From: a virus
Lineage: Duplodnaviria; Caudoviricetes
DNA length: 64,000 nt
Strand: one strand, 5' to 3'
IMG/VR virus record: IMGVR_UViG_3300050514_000135
Span: 1 to 64,000 of that record
Position 1 is the first letter of the stretch. Every line of letters starts with the position of its first letter. Shown here piece after piece: positions 47,325 through 57,886 of the stretch. The notes beneath the pieces were generated by a model. It made no database searches, was not told the DNA's origin, and saw only the letters and a list, made by a program, of their open reading frames with translations. The translations under genes and the position numbers were made by a program.

Positions 47325-48586
47325 GAGCGCAACCCCGCCATCGCTCCGTTATTGAGATTCCACATCGAGCTCTGAGCGGCGGCCGCGACCGTTGCCCACG
47401 TCACCGCCGCGGCTCCACCGAGCACGACGTCGCCGCCGGTCGATGTGATCGTCGGTTGGTTACCAGCGCTGTTCCAGGAGATGCCTCCCCTCGATCGCAC
47501 CTGCACCGCGCCGCCGGTGTTCGTGTTGTTTAGACCCCAAAGAATCGCGGTATTGTCCATCTGCGCGAGGACGTCGATCACGACGTTGAACGAACCAACA
47601 CCGGTCCGGTCGAAACTACCGACGGCAGCTTGGACAGAAACGAACGCACCCAAGTTCGCCTGTATCTGCGCGTTCTGTAGGAACGACGGGGCTACTGCAA
47701 AGATGATGCGTCCCTGGTTAGCCAAGACTGTCGCGAAAGCCGCATGGCCGGAGATAATGAGAGTGGCTAGACCGCTCGACAGTGTGGCCACGTTAGAACA
47801 GCCGTTCAGACGTGGGTTACTGCCAATAACGAAACCCAGTTGCTGAGTCTGCATGCGACAGCCGGTCACCAAGAACTGGCTCGCTGATCCTGGGCACTGC
47901 GCGAAGGACAAGCGTCCGCCGGGGGCGTCCGCCTCAATCGCTAAGTTTTCTACCGATCCCACCCCGTTGAACAGCAGGCAATCGATCCCCGCTATGCGGG
48001 TGCCAAGGGTCTCGATAGCGAACGTGTCATTGACGGCCGGAGAGACGGCGGCCAGCGTCGTCGGGCTGATGAATTGAGACACACGCGCGGTGTTCGCCCC
48101 GAGATCAGCCAGAACCCACGCGAAGGCGCCGGAGTTGGCCCCGCTCGTGAGTCGCACGCGCCGCTGAACGTGAGCAGCCCAGACAATAGGAGTAGTCGTG
48201 TCCGCCAGTCGCGCGTCTTGACTGGTCGCCGCGTTCGTCGCCGTGAACGCAGTGACGACGCCGGTCGCTTGCAGTGTCGGAGTACCGGTCCAATTGATTC
48301 GCTGGTTCGAGACGTCGACGAGAGCGTCGATGAACTGAGTTGGAAAGTCCCCGGTCAACGCGACGCTGATCGTGCCGATTCCTGGCGCGAAGGATCGACC
48401 GTTCCACCGCCGAGCAAGTTCGGCCAAGGTCAATAGAGGGGAAGCGGCCGTACCGACGTTGTTGTCGTTGCCAGTCGTACTGCTCACTCCCCAATCGATC
48501 TGCGTGAGGTAACCCTCGTCCGTTCCCACGCCTGTCACCACGGCGAGGTTGGTGTTCGGAGAGAGAAGAACTTGTCCCGTCGTCAT
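47321..48586 (-). CDS. fibre/adhesin-like protein, paralog 2
   Basis: TGNDNNVG...PLLTLAELARR; N- and C-termini similar to paralog 1. Confidence 0.6.
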   Translation of the reverse strand: MTTGQVLLSPNTNLAVVTGVGTDEGYLTQIDWGVSSTTGNDNNVGTAASPLLTLAELARRWNGRSFAPGIGTISVALTGDFPTQFIDALVDVSNQRINWTGTPTLQATGVVTAFTATNAATSQDARLADTTTPIVWAAHVQRRVRLTSGANSGAFAWVLADLGANTARVSQFISPTTLAAVSPAVNDTFAIETLGTRIAGIDCLLFNGVGSVENLAIEADAPGGRLSFAQCPGSASQFLVTGCRMQTQQLGFVIGSNPRLNGCSNVATLSSGLATLIISGHAAFATVLANQGRIIFAVAPSFLQNAQIQANLGAFVSVQAAVGSFDRTGVGSFNVVIDVLAQMDNTAILWGLNNTNTGGAVQVRSRGGISWNSAGNQPTITSTGGDVVLGGAAAVTWATVAAAAQSSMWNLNNGAMAGLRS

Positions 48587-48587
48587 C

Positions 48588-50264
48588 TCACTGCCTCACG
48601 TTGATGAAGGCATTGTTGGGAGGCGCGGCCACTGCCGGTGCAGTCGCCCAGTCAATGGCGGCGGCGCCGGCGAGTACGACGTCGAGTCCTGGTGTAGCGC
48701 CGGTCGCCGTGGGCTTGGTCACGTACATGACACCGCAGCCGTTGCGCACGCGGAGCGCGTTCGTCACCGTATTCCCTGCCGCGCCGTAGAAGATCGCTCC
48801 GCTAGTCGACATGACCCACATTGCGAAGTCTTCCACTCGCATCAGTTCGGTGAGGAAGCCGTTGACCACACCGAAGCACGCCCGCGGGTTGATGTCCTCG
48901 AGCGAGGAGCCGTTGCCCAGCAAGAAGGCCGCGTTGTTGACCCCGTTACCGTCCTGCAACCATCGATTGCTGATGATGTCCGCACCCTCGAGCGTCTGCA
49001 TCTCGGTGCACTGGCAGACGCCCTGGCAGAAGAAGTTACCCTTCCCGAAGGAGAAGGAGCTGCCGCCGATGACCTGGACGCCGTTCAGGTTGAACGTGCC
49101 CTCGACGATGTGCGTGCCGCCCGCGACTTGGATGAACTGAGCGCCGAAGACCTGGGCGACCGAAGCACGACCGCCGAGCATGTAGGAGTGCGGGATGATC
49201 GTGTTCGCGGCGGAGCCGATCGAGACGTCGCGCAGTCGGTAGATACAGTTCCCGAGAATTTGAACGTTGAAAGCTTGGAGCTGCGTGTCGAAAGTCTCTA
49301 TTACGTAGCTGTCTCCGATGGCCGGGTTGACGTTAGATACCGAGCCGGCAAAGACGACCGGTGCGATGAGTTGGAAGGTCCCGACGTTCGCGGTGGTCGC
49401 CCCGGGACTCGAGGTGATGAAGGTCACAGCGCCAGCGTTCGTGCCGCTGGTCATGCGGATGCGGCGATTGACGTGTGGGCCGAAGTTCTGCGCGGCGTCG
49501 ACGAGTTGCGTTCGAGTACCGGTCGCGGCGTTCTCGGCGGTGTAACCGGTGATTGTACCGGCGCCCACCTGGGTCATCGTGCCCTGGATATTCATCTGGC
49601 CGCCGCCGGTGAACGCAGTTCCCGCGCACGACCAGTTCGCGAAGAGCACGAGGTCCTGAGTCGGGAAAGTCCCGGCGAGCGTGACCGTGATCGACGTGAG
49701 AGCGGGCGAGAAAGTCCTGCCCATGAACCGGCGATTCAATTCGCCGATCGTCAAGAGTGGCGTGAGCGCCGTCGAGCCGTCGTTCGCGTCGTTGCCCGTC
49801 GCCGAGTTCACGAACCACGCGGCCTGCGTTAGGAACGGTAGCGTGAAGTCACGCACCCACGCCGCGCCGGTCCAGACCAGGATGTCGCCCGCGAAGAGGC
49901 CGGGCGGGAGCCCGCCACCAGGCGCGCCTTGAACAGTCGGCACCCACGTCGCGCCGTTCCAGACGAGCGTGTCGCCGACCGCTGGTGGCAGCGCGTTCGG
50001 CACCCACGCACTCACGCCATCCCAGACCAGGATGTCGCCGAGCTCGACACCAGGAGGTAAGACGCCACCGGGCAGCGCGATCGGGATCCACTTCGTGCCG
50101 TTCCAGACAAGAGTGTTGCCAGGCGCTGGCGGGACCGCGTTCGCGACCCACGCCGAGCCGTCCCAGAACAAGATGTCGCCGATGTCGATCCCGAGCGGGA
50201 GGACGCCACCGGGGCCTCCGCCGCCGCCGGGCGAGTACGGGGTCTTGTCCCAGAAGTTCCTCAT
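48588..50264 (-). CDS. fibre/adhesin-like protein, paralog 3, with N-terminal GDIL.WDG..W repeats
   Basis: Repeated GDILVWDG/TLVWNG units, then WFVNSATGNDANDG...LLTIGELNRR. Confidence 0.62.
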   Translation of the reverse strand: MRNFWDKTPYSPGGGGGPGGVLPLGIDIGDILFWDGSAWVANAVPPAPGNTLVWNGTKWIPIALPGGVLPPGVELGDILVWDGVSAWVPNALPPAVGDTLVWNGATWVPTVQGAPGGGLPPGLFAGDILVWTGAAWVRDFTLPFLTQAAWFVNSATGNDANDGSTALTPLLTIGELNRRFMGRTFSPALTSITVTLAGTFPTQDLVLFANWSCAGTAFTGGGQMNIQGTMTQVGAGTITGYTAENAATGTRTQLVDAAQNFGPHVNRRIRMTSGTNAGAVTFITSSPGATTANVGTFQLIAPVVFAGSVSNVNPAIGDSYVIETFDTQLQAFNVQILGNCIYRLRDVSIGSAANTIIPHSYMLGGRASVAQVFGAQFIQVAGGTHIVEGTFNLNGVQVIGGSSFSFGKGNFFCQGVCQCTEMQTLEGADIISNRWLQDGNGVNNAAFLLGNGSSLEDINPRACFGVVNGFLTELMRVEDFAMWVMSTSGAIFYGAAGNTVTNALRVRNGCGVMYVTKPTATGATPGLDVVLAGAAAIDWATAPAVAAPPNNAFINVRQ

Positions 50265-51697
50265 GTCGTGCTCGCCACGATCCGCGAGAGGTTCAGAGCA
50301 TCCGTGTACGGGATCGCGGCGTAGAGCTTGTCAGTGCCTCCCACGTGCGTGTCCGAGACGGCACCCGTGAGCTCGGGCTTGTTCGCGCCGTAGTACACGC
50401 CGCCGCCGTTGTGCACGTCGATGCCGTAGGACACGGGCGCGATGAACGCCGCGGTCTGCCACATGCGCCCGGTGAAGCGGTAGAAGGCCATATCGCCGAT
50501 GTCCACGCCGCCCGAGCCGCCGACCGTGATGAAACCGTGGTTCGTGACCGTCGCCTGCGCGCCGCCGGTCATCTGGAAGCCGCCCGCGCGGTTGACGACG
50601 CGGTCCATGGTCGCCCAGCAGCCGGCCTGTAGGATCGGCGTGCACGACTGGAACGCGGGCCCTCCCATTCGGTAGACGCCCGTCGAGAACGTCGGCACGC
50701 CGGACACCCACATGCAGCCGAGGAAGTCCGCGTTCGAGTCCTGGAAAGACGCCTGACCCACGTTGAACGGGAATTGGACACCGAAGAAGGTCAGGCGACC
50801 GAGCGACGAGGCGTTGGTCGCCACTCCGCCCTTGGCGGTCATCGGCTTGTCGACCTGCGGAACGATCGCCAGGTCGCGGATCACGACGTCGCCCGAGCCC
50901 ACGTTCTCGACGTCGATCCAGCCGAGCTGCGTCGCGGTCACGTCCTCGATGAACTCGGTGTCGCCGGGGTTCAGCACCGTGTCGGTGTTGAAGATGTCCG
51001 TGAAGTAGCTCGTGGTCGCGGTCGTCGCCGAGGGGAAGGCGAGCAGCCAGCCTACGGCGCCGGTCGCGCTGTCGCGCACGCGCTGGTTCGGGAACGTGTT
51101 CAGGACGCCGGGCGTGGTGTCGAGCACCGCGGCCGTGTGCGCGGTCTCGTCGTACGGCGTGAAAGCGGAGACCGTGCGCGTTGCGGAAGCGCTGGGCGTG
51201 CCCACGATCGTGGTCGTCGTGTTCGGCGCGGGCGCGAGGCGCACGTGCAGGTCCTGGAGCGAGAAGTCACCCTCGAGCGTGATGGTCGTGTCCTGCAGGA
51301 TCGACCTGTCGTTCAGACGGCACGCGAGCTCGGTCACGGTCAGGAGCGCCGTGGCGGGTGTGAAGCCGTCGTTGATGTCGCTGCCGGTCACGGCGTTGAC
51401 GAACCACGTGGCCTGCAGCACGTAAGCGTTGACGCCGCACAGGCTCGCGGAGCCTCCCCCGGGGATCGTGACGTCGACCCGCCCCGGTCCCACGGCGGCC
51501 GAGACCCCGGCGCCGACGAAGTTCACGGTCGTGAACGACCCGATCGGCGCGCCCTGGTTCAGGAAGGCGAGCGTGTTGCCCGCGGAAGCGACGAAGTCGT
51601 CGACCTTCTGCGAGATAGCGAGGCGCCACGCGCCCAGTTTGCCGTGGAGCGATCTCTCGCTCGCGGCTGCTTTCAGGAGTGAGAGGATCCTGCCCAT
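50261..51697 (-). CDS. fibre/adhesin-like protein, paralog 4
   Basis: WFVNAVTGSDINDG...LLTVTELACR. Confidence 0.6.
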   Translation of the reverse strand: MGRILSLLKAAASERSLHGKLGAWRLAISQKVDDFVASAGNTLAFLNQGAPIGSFTTVNFVGAGVSAAVGPGRVDVTIPGGGSASLCGVNAYVLQATWFVNAVTGSDINDGFTPATALLTVTELACRLNDRSILQDTTITLEGDFSLQDLHVRLAPAPNTTTTIVGTPSASATRTVSAFTPYDETAHTAAVLDTTPGVLNTFPNQRVRDSATGAVGWLLAFPSATTATTSYFTDIFNTDTVLNPGDTEFIEDVTATQLGWIDVENVGSGDVVIRDLAIVPQVDKPMTAKGGVATNASSLGRLTFFGVQFPFNVGQASFQDSNADFLGCMWVSGVPTFSTGVYRMGGPAFQSCTPILQAGCWATMDRVVNRAGGFQMTGGAQATVTNHGFITVGGSGGVDIGDMAFYRFTGRMWQTAAFIAPVSYGIDVHNGGGVYYGANKPELTGAVSDTHVGGTDKLYAAIPYTDALNLSRIVASTT

Positions 51698-51727
51698 CGT
51701 GGTCCGATTTCGGTTTATCCTAACCCG

Positions 51728-52702
51728 ATGCCGCAGTTACGAGCACTCATCACGGGCGTCACCGGCCAGGACGGCTCGTACCTTTCCGAGCTACTACTCG
51801 AAAAGGGCTACGAAGTCCACGGCTTCGCTCGCCGCGGCTCGCGGGCCCCGGATCCCCGCGTGGCGATGCACTACGGGGACTTGTGCGACTCCGCGGCGCT
51901 CCGGGCGGCCCTGTCCGAGGTCGAGCCGAGCGAGGTGTACAACCTCGGAGCCCAGAGCCACGTCGCCGTGAGCTTCGACGAGCCCGCCTACACCTTCGCC
52001 GTCACGGCCACGCCCGTCTTCACGATGCTGGAGCACATTCGGGCGCGTGCCCCGCACACTCGACTGTACCAGGCGTCGTCTAGCGAGATGTTCGGCACCG
52101 AGCTCCCGCCACAGAGCGAGCACACGCCGTTCGCCCCGCAGTCGCCGTACGCCATCGCGAAGGTCGCCGCGCACCACGCGATCCAGCTCTACCGCAAGTA
52201 CGGGCTCTACGTCGTCAGCGGCATCCTGTTCAACCACGAATCACCGCGTCGCCCGGCGAACTTCGTCACTCGCAAGATCAGTCGATCGGTCGCGCGCATC
52301 GCGCTCGGCCTGCAGGACGAACTCGTGCTCGGCAACCTCGACGCCAGCCGTGACTGGGGCTTCGCCGGCGATTACGTAGAAGCCATGTGGCGCATGCTGC
52401 AGCAGAACGTGCCCAAGGACTACGTGATCGCGACAGGTGAGACGTTCACGGTGCGCGACTTCGTGATCCTCGCGTTCCGTTGCGCGGAGGACGTCACCGG
52501 CAAGCGCATGGACTGGGACAAGTACGTGCGCATCGACCAGAAGTTCAAGCGGCCGGCGGAGGTGCCGTACCTGTGCGGGGACGCTACGCGCGCGTTGGCT
52601 GAGCTCGGCTGGCAGCCTACCGTCCGCTTCCACGAGCTCGTGCGCCGGATGGTCGTGCACGACCTAGGCGAATGCGCGGTCCAAACAGCGCCGCGCGAAT
52701 AG
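51728..52702 (+). CDS. gmd: GDP-mannose 4,6-dehydratase
   Basis: ALITGVTGQDGSYL, AQSHVAVSF, YQASSSEMFG, SPYAIAK, GILFNHESPRR, LGNLDASRDWG. Confidence 0.95.
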   Translation: MPQLRALITGVTGQDGSYLSELLLEKGYEVHGFARRGSRAPDPRVAMHYGDLCDSAALRAALSEVEPSEVYNLGAQSHVAVSFDEPAYTFAVTATPVFTMLEHIRARAPHTRLYQASSSEMFGTELPPQSEHTPFAPQSPYAIAKVAAHHAIQLYRKYGLYVVSGILFNHESPRRPANFVTRKISRSVARIALGLQDELVLGNLDASRDWGFAGDYVEAMWRMLQQNVPKDYVIATGETFTVRDFVILAFRCAEDVTGKRMDWDKYVRIDQKFKRPAEVPYLCGDATRALAELGWQPTVRFHELVRRMVVHDLGECAVQTAPRE

Positions 52703-52807
52703 CGCGCTCGTGCTGGGTGCAGTAGCAGTACTGGAGGCCGACGCATTGCCGCCCCACGCGCCGGCAGCGCTTGCCCGCGGTGAGCGCGTTCCACGCGCAG
52801 CGCTCGG

Positions 52808-53326
52808 TCACAGCGTCCTCATGACTTCCTCGAGCGTCGGCGCGTCGCGGTCGAGCGTCGAGAGGATCGGGTCCTTGACTAACTTGCCCCAGCCGATGCC
52901 GGCCGAGTCCCACTTGACGCGCCACTCGTGCGCGGGCAGGCGGGGGCCGTCGAAGCCATAGTGCACGGTCGCGAAGTCGTCCGAGAGAACGTAGTAGCCG
53001 TGCGCGCACCAGGGCGGGATGACCAGCGCGCACCCCTCCTCGGCCTCGAGCACGGTCAAGAAGTCCGCCTCGCCGGTCCGCATGTCGACGACTGCTTCCA
53101 GGATGCGCCCGCGCACGCAGCGCACGACCTTCGTGAGCGGCGCCTCGAAGGGGTCCTGGAAGTGAAGGCCGCGGAGGACGTTCGCGTACGACCTCACGCT
53201 GAGCTCGCGGACGATCGGCAAACAACCGGCGTGATCGAGCGCGTACTCCGCGCAGTAGCCACGTTCGTCGTGTGCCCAGTGCGGGCGCAGGAGCTTGGCG
53301 CCGCACTTCATCTCGCGGACGATCAC
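52808..53326 (-). CDS. rmlC: dTDP-4-dehydrorhamnose 3,5-epimerase
   Basis: DERG, NVLRGLHFQ, KVVRCVRG, VVDMR, AHGY. Confidence 0.85.
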   Translation of the reverse strand: MIVREMKCGAKLLRPHWAHDERGYCAEYALDHAGCLPIVRELSVRSYANVLRGLHFQDPFEAPLTKVVRCVRGRILEAVVDMRTGEADFLTVLEAEEGCALVIPPWCAHGYYVLSDDFATVHYGFDGPRLPAHEWRVKWDSAGIGWGKLVKDPILSTLDRDAPTLEEVMRTL

Positions 53327-53498
53327 TCTCCACCGTCCCGGTTGTTCCACGTCGGGAGCCCGGCGTCGTTGCACGGGTTCACGGCGCCACCGCACCAGAA
53401 CCCGCTCTCGCACTCGATCACTCGATCACACGTGAGCCAGGCTCCGACCATGGCGCCAATGACGAACATTCCCACGCCGAAGAAGAACCCCTCGCCGT

Positions 53499-54506
53499 TC
53501 ATCCCTCCAACCACTCCGGGTTGTCGAGGAACCATCGGACGGTGCGCTCGACGCCCTGCTCGAAGGTGTACGGCATGTCGAAGCCGGCGGCCTTGAGCTT
53601 CGCCCCGCTCATGGCGTAGCGGAAGTCGTAGCCGGGGCGCTCCTTAGCGAACGAGACGAGCTCGTAGCTCAGCGGCCTGCCCACGATGTCGGCGACGCGC
53701 TGGCAGAGCTCGAGGTTCGTGACCTCGCGCTCGCCCACGATGTTCCACTTGTCGAAGCGCGGATGCTCGCTGCGGTGCTCGAGTATCCAGCGCAGCGCGT
53801 GCGCGATGTTCGCGGCGTAGGTGTAGAAGCGGCTCGAGGGCTTCGTGCCGGTGTCGTCGGCGTGGATGGTCACGAGCTCGCCGCGCAGCACCTTGCGGAT
53901 GGTCATCGGCAGGAACTTCTCCGGGTGCTGGCGCTCGGCGATCACGTTCATGACGTGGACAGCGCTCGAGTGCAGGCCGTAGGTGTTCGAGTACGCGCAG
54001 GCGAGCTCCTCGCCGGCGGCCTTCGACGCGCTGTAGGGGTTCGTCGAGCGGTAGCGGTCGAACTCGGTGAAGAGTTCGCCGGCATTGGCCGGGCCGAAGA
54101 CCTCATCCGTCGAGAAGTAGAGGAAGTACGGGGAGGGGATGCGATGCACCGCTTGCGTGCGCCACCACTCGAGCAGGTGCGCGGTCCCGATCACGTTGTC
54201 GTGGATAAACATCAGGGGCTCGGTGATGCTCCGGGTCACGTGCGTGCTGGCGGCGAGGTGGAGGACGGCGTCCACGTGGCCCAGTTGCCGGTCGACCGTA
54301 GCGTTGATCGGCGCGCGCAGGTCGTGCCACACGAACGTGACGCGCTTGCCGCACTCGGGCCAGCACTCGAGGTGCCGCAGGCGGTGGAGCGTGCTCGTCG
54401 CGTCGATGCGGTCGAGTCCGACCAGATCCCAGTCCGTGCGCCCGAGCAGGTGCTCGGCCACGTGGTGCCCGATGAAGCCGCAGAGGCCGGTGATCAGCAC
54501 GCGCAT
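53499..54506 (-). CDS. rmlB: dTDP-glucose 4,6-dehydratase
   Basis: ITGLCGFIG, HLAASTHVTRSI, STDEVFG, NPYSASKA, QHPEKF, RPGYDFRY. Confidence 0.88.
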   Translation of the reverse strand: MRVLITGLCGFIGHHVAEHLLGRTDWDLVGLDRIDATSTLHRLRHLECWPECGKRVTFVWHDLRAPINATVDRQLGHVDAVLHLAASTHVTRSITEPLMFIHDNVIGTAHLLEWWRTQAVHRIPSPYFLYFSTDEVFGPANAGELFTEFDRYRSTNPYSASKAAGEELACAYSNTYGLHSSAVHVMNVIAERQHPEKFLPMTIRKVLRGELVTIHADDTGTKPSSRFYTYAANIAHALRWILEHRSEHPRFDKWNIVGEREVTNLELCQRVADIVGRPLSYELVSFAKERPGYDFRYAMSGAKLKAAGFDMPYTFEQGVERTVRWFLDNPEWLEG

Positions 54507-55741
54507 CAGCCTATCACCCTCGGTCTCGGCAGCGGGACGATCCACTTACCGCCCTGCTCCGTGAACCACTGCTCGCGCTCCATGATCTCGTCCGCGTAGT
54601 TCCAGGCCGTGATGAGGCAGTAGTCGGGCGGCGAGTCGTGCATCCACCCTTCCGATACGATCCAGACGCCCGTGCCGGGCAGGAACTTGCCGATCTTCAG
54701 CGGCGCCCGGTCGTAGCAGCGCCGCACACTCACGCGCCGGGCCTCGAGCACGACCGCGTTCATGAGCGTGGTGCTCTTGGCCGTCGCGCCGTAGAGGTCC
54801 ACGGTCTTGCCCTGCTCCGCGAGCTCGGTGAGCATGCTCGCGAGGCCGTGGATGGTCTCCCACGCCTGCTTCACGAACTTCGCCTCGAGCCCCTGGAACA
54901 AGTCGATGCGCTCGCCGGACACGCACCGGTACACGTCGTCGTCGTCGTAGACCGCGGAGTCGAGGCACGCGACGAGCATGAGCGACCCGCCGTGGATCTC
55001 CGCGTAGTCGACATCGATCAAACGCATGCCGTGGCGCTTCAGGAACTTCCGCACCGGGTCGATGCTGAGGTAGCTCACGTGCTCGTGGTAGATCTGGTCG
55101 AACTGGCCGCCGACCATCGTGTCCACGACGTAGGCGTTCTCGATGTAGAAGACGCCCGTGTCCGGGTCGAGCAGCGTCTTGACGCCCTCCAGGACTGCGT
55201 CCAGGTCGTCGATGTGCGCGAAGCAGTGCCGGGCGATGACCTGATCGAACTTCCCGAAGTCTTCGACCAGCTTCCGCGCGATGGCGGCGTCGAAGAACGC
55301 CGGGATGCTCAGGCCGATGTCGCAGTCCCCCACGTCGCTGTGGATGTTCTGGGCGGGATCGACGTTCACCTTCACGTGGTGCAGCCCCCTGAAGGTCCGC
55401 AGGAACGCGCCGTTGTTCCCGCCGATCTCGAGGATCTTCGCGTACGGGTATTCGCTGAGGAACCGGTGCACGCGTTCGTAGTGCTGACTCAGCGACGGCA
55501 TGTCCGGCGTCGCGTAAGCGTACTCGCTGAAGAGCTTCGCCCCGTCGACCGCGATCGTGAGCTGGTGCAGGCCGCACGCCCCGCACTTGACCATGCACAG
55601 TGGGTAGCGCTCAGCGTGCACGGCGGAGGAGTGGTCGGCGTGGAGGTCGTTCGCGAGCGGGATCGCGCCGAGGTCGAGGACCACGTCCGCGCCCTGCTCG
55701 GCGGCGAGCTCGACCTTGCAGAAACGGCAGCGTCTTGTCAT
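54506..55741 (-). CDS. NDP-sugar C-methyltransferase (Zn-binding, SAM and C-methyltransferase C-terminal domains)
   Basis: CRFC...LDLG..PLAN, YPL....C..C, EIGGNNG, FDQIYHEH, IHGGSL, YGATAK, K.GKFLPGT, AWNYADEI. Confidence 0.88.
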   Translation of the reverse strand: MTRRCRFCKVELAAEQGADVVLDLGAIPLANDLHADHSSAVHAERYPLCMVKCGACGLHQLTIAVDGAKLFSEYAYATPDMPSLSQHYERVHRFLSEYPYAKILEIGGNNGAFLRTFRGLHHVKVNVDPAQNIHSDVGDCDIGLSIPAFFDAAIARKLVEDFGKFDQVIARHCFAHIDDLDAVLEGVKTLLDPDTGVFYIENAYVVDTMVGGQFDQIYHEHVSYLSIDPVRKFLKRHGMRLIDVDYAEIHGGSLMLVACLDSAVYDDDDVYRCVSGERIDLFQGLEAKFVKQAWETIHGLASMLTELAEQGKTVDLYGATAKSTTLMNAVVLEARRVSVRRCYDRAPLKIGKFLPGTGVWIVSEGWMHDSPPDYCLITAWNYADEIMEREQWFTEQGGKWIVPLPRPRVIG

Positions 55742-56571
55742 GGCAGCCTCAGTGGGAGCACGTCCCGGAAGTTGTCGTACACGAAGCGGTGGGCTCGGGC
55801 GAAGACCTCGTTGTCGCCGCCGAACGAGTTCGCGAGTTGGGCGTAGATCTCCGAGTCGCGCGTGACGGCGCCGATGCCGCCGTTCGCGTTGGTCTTGTGC
55901 TCGCACGCGATCGGGATGAGGAGGCCGTTCCAGCCGTGCCGACGCGCCATGCACGCGAGACCGTAGTCGTAGCCGTGGTGCACGATCGTGAACGGCCACC
56001 AGCTCCAGCCGTTGACCTGGTCGAGCAGGGCGCGTCGCACGAGCATTGACTGCCCGTCCGTGTACACGATCGGGCGCTCCGTCGTCGTGCGCTGGCCGTG
56101 CGTCTCGGCGTCCCGCATGTTCGACCAGAAGTCGGTGCGGCAGACCTGCTGCCAGGCGTACGGCGCCTTGTAGAGCCCCGGTCGGCCGAGCCCGGTCGAG
56201 CCGCCGAACCCTGCTAAGCCGAGCCGCTCGTCGTGCTGGAACGCGGCTAGCACGCGCGTGTCCCACCCCTTCTCCTGGATGAGGAAGTCGTCGTGGATGT
56301 AGACCAGGACGTCGCTGTCGCTCGCGTCGGGTCGAGCGCAAGCGGCCTCGTAGAGCTCGTGCAGCGCCCACGGGATGCCGCGGTTGTTCTGCTCGCCGGT
56401 GACGATCGAGCGGTCGGCGAGCTTCTCCTTGGGCAGCCCGTGCGTGCTCGCGAAGCAACCGTTGCCGACGCCGATGAGCTGGACCGGGTTGTCGGCGTTC
56501 TCGAGCGCGAGGCCGACTGACTCCCGGAACAGGTCGGGCATGCACGTGACGACGCAGAGGCGGAGTCTCAC
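55738..56571 (-). CDS. GT-A (GT2-like) glycosyltransferase
   Basis: LVYIHDD, DGQSML, HHGYD. Confidence 0.75.
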   Translation of the reverse strand: MRLRLCVVTCMPDLFRESVGLALENADNPVQLIGVGNGCFASTHGLPKEKLADRSIVTGEQNNRGIPWALHELYEAACARPDASDSDVLVYIHDDFLIQEKGWDTRVLAAFQHDERLGLAGFGGSTGLGRPGLYKAPYAWQQVCRTDFWSNMRDAETHGQRTTTERPIVYTDGQSMLVRRALLDQVNGWSWWPFTIVHHGYDYGLACMARRHGWNGLLIPIACEHKTNANGGIGAVTRDSEIYAQLANSFGGDNEVFARAHRFVYDNFRDVLPLRLP

Positions 56572-57209
56572 AGCACGAGCCCCACGCCGATGCCGAGAGG
56601 CTTCTCGACGCCGATGTAGTCGGCGATCGGTATCCAGAGACCCTCGTCGCGTCCCCTCCGCCAGGCTTTCGCGACTCCAGGACAAGCGAGCGTGTCGTGC
56701 AGGATCACGAGCGAGCCGGGCCGCCAGTGCTCGCGCACGAGCTCGATGTCCTGCCACACGCCGACCTCGCTGTGGTCGCCGTCGATGAACGCCACGTCCA
56801 CCTCGAGCCCGTCCAGGAACTCGCGCGCCTCGGGGCCGTGGCTGTCGCAGCGCAGGTGCTCGATCAGGATGTCATCGAAGTTAGCGACGAGCTCGGGGTA
56901 GCGGGGGTGCTGGCCGTCGTCGATCGAGTGCATCTCCCAGTATCCGCACCAGCGGGAGATCATCACCGCGGCGCCGCCACTCGCCGACCCGATCTCGAGG
57001 TAGGTCTCGTCGCCGTGCGAGAGCCGGTTCAGGAGCACGAGCAGCGCGCCGAACTCGTCCGGGTTCTGCTGCAGCGACAGGCCGCCCTCTTTCGCGTACC
57101 CGTTGCCGAAGTGCGCGAGGCTGTCCGTGCCCGCGTCCCGGATCTCCTGCACCGCGACCGAGAACTGCTCGGGCGCCCTAGCTCGCAACTTGTCGATCGT
57201 ATCCATCAC
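56568..57209 (-). CDS. class I SAM-dependent (Methyltransf_24-like) O-methyltransferase
   Basis: YLEIGSASGG, FIDGDHS, ILHD. Confidence 0.82.
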   Translation of the reverse strand: MMDTIDKLRARAPEQFSVAVQEIRDAGTDSLAHFGNGYAKEGGLSLQQNPDEFGALLVLLNRLSHGDETYLEIGSASGGAAVMISRWCGYWEMHSIDDGQHPRYPELVANFDDILIEHLRCDSHGPEAREFLDGLEVDVAFIDGDHSEVGVWQDIELVREHWRPGSLVILHDTLACPGVAKAWRRGRDEGLWIPIADYIGVEKPLGIGVGLVL

Positions 57210-57886
57210 GGCAGCTCCAGCGGGGTTTTTCTAGTCTCGCTCCCCGGCGCGCCGCCCCACTTGCGGACGTACCGGCGGTAGTTCGCCTGCATGTACCCGT
57301 GGAAGATCTTGTTCTCCTCGGGCGTCATCGCCTTCAGGTAACCGTTCAAGACGTGGTCGTAGCACGTCGTGTCGATCTCGCGCATCTTCACGCCCGCGTG
57401 GCGCATGCGGTGCCAGTAGTCGACGTCCTCGTAGTACGCCGGCCAGAACCCCTCGTCGAACGGCCCGACCCTCCTCCACGCCGCGTGCTTCAGGAGGAAC
57501 ACGCAGAACGTCGTGTGCGTCACGGTCTTCGGGAAGATGAACTCGGCGTCGGTGGTGACCGCCTCGTGCACCATCTCGGCGATCGTGTTCTCGTGCAGGC
57601 GCACGTCGTCGTTCGAGATGATGATCAGGGTGTCGCCGTCGTCGTAGAAGTTGAACAGCAGGTTCCACGACGCGCTGACGCCCAGGTTGGTCCGCTTCTC
57701 GTAGTTGAACACGCTGAAAGGGATCGAGGCGTGCGCCTCCACGTTGAACACCTTCCGGACGTCAGCCCCGTTGTCCACGATCGTAAACAAGTCCGGCGGG
57801 CGCGAGCCGAGCGCGGCGGAGCGGTAGAGCTCCTGCAGGAGGTCGAGCCGCCGCACGCACGGCACGCCGAGGACGACGCGCGTCAC
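57206..57886 (-). CDS. glycosyltransferase family 2
   Basis: IVDNG, NLGVSASWN, SNDD, VGPFDEGF.PAYYEDVDY. Confidence 0.85.
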   Translation of the reverse strand: MTRVVLGVPCVRRLDLLQELYRSAALGSRPPDLFTIVDNGADVRKVFNVEAHASIPFSVFNYEKRTNLGVSASWNLLFNFYDDGDTLIIISNDDVRLHENTIAEMVHEAVTTDAEFIFPKTVTHTTFCVFLLKHAAWRRVGPFDEGFWPAYYEDVDYWHRMRHAGVKMREIDTTCYDHVLNGYLKAMTPEENKIFHGYMQANYRRYVRKWGGAPGSETRKTPLELP

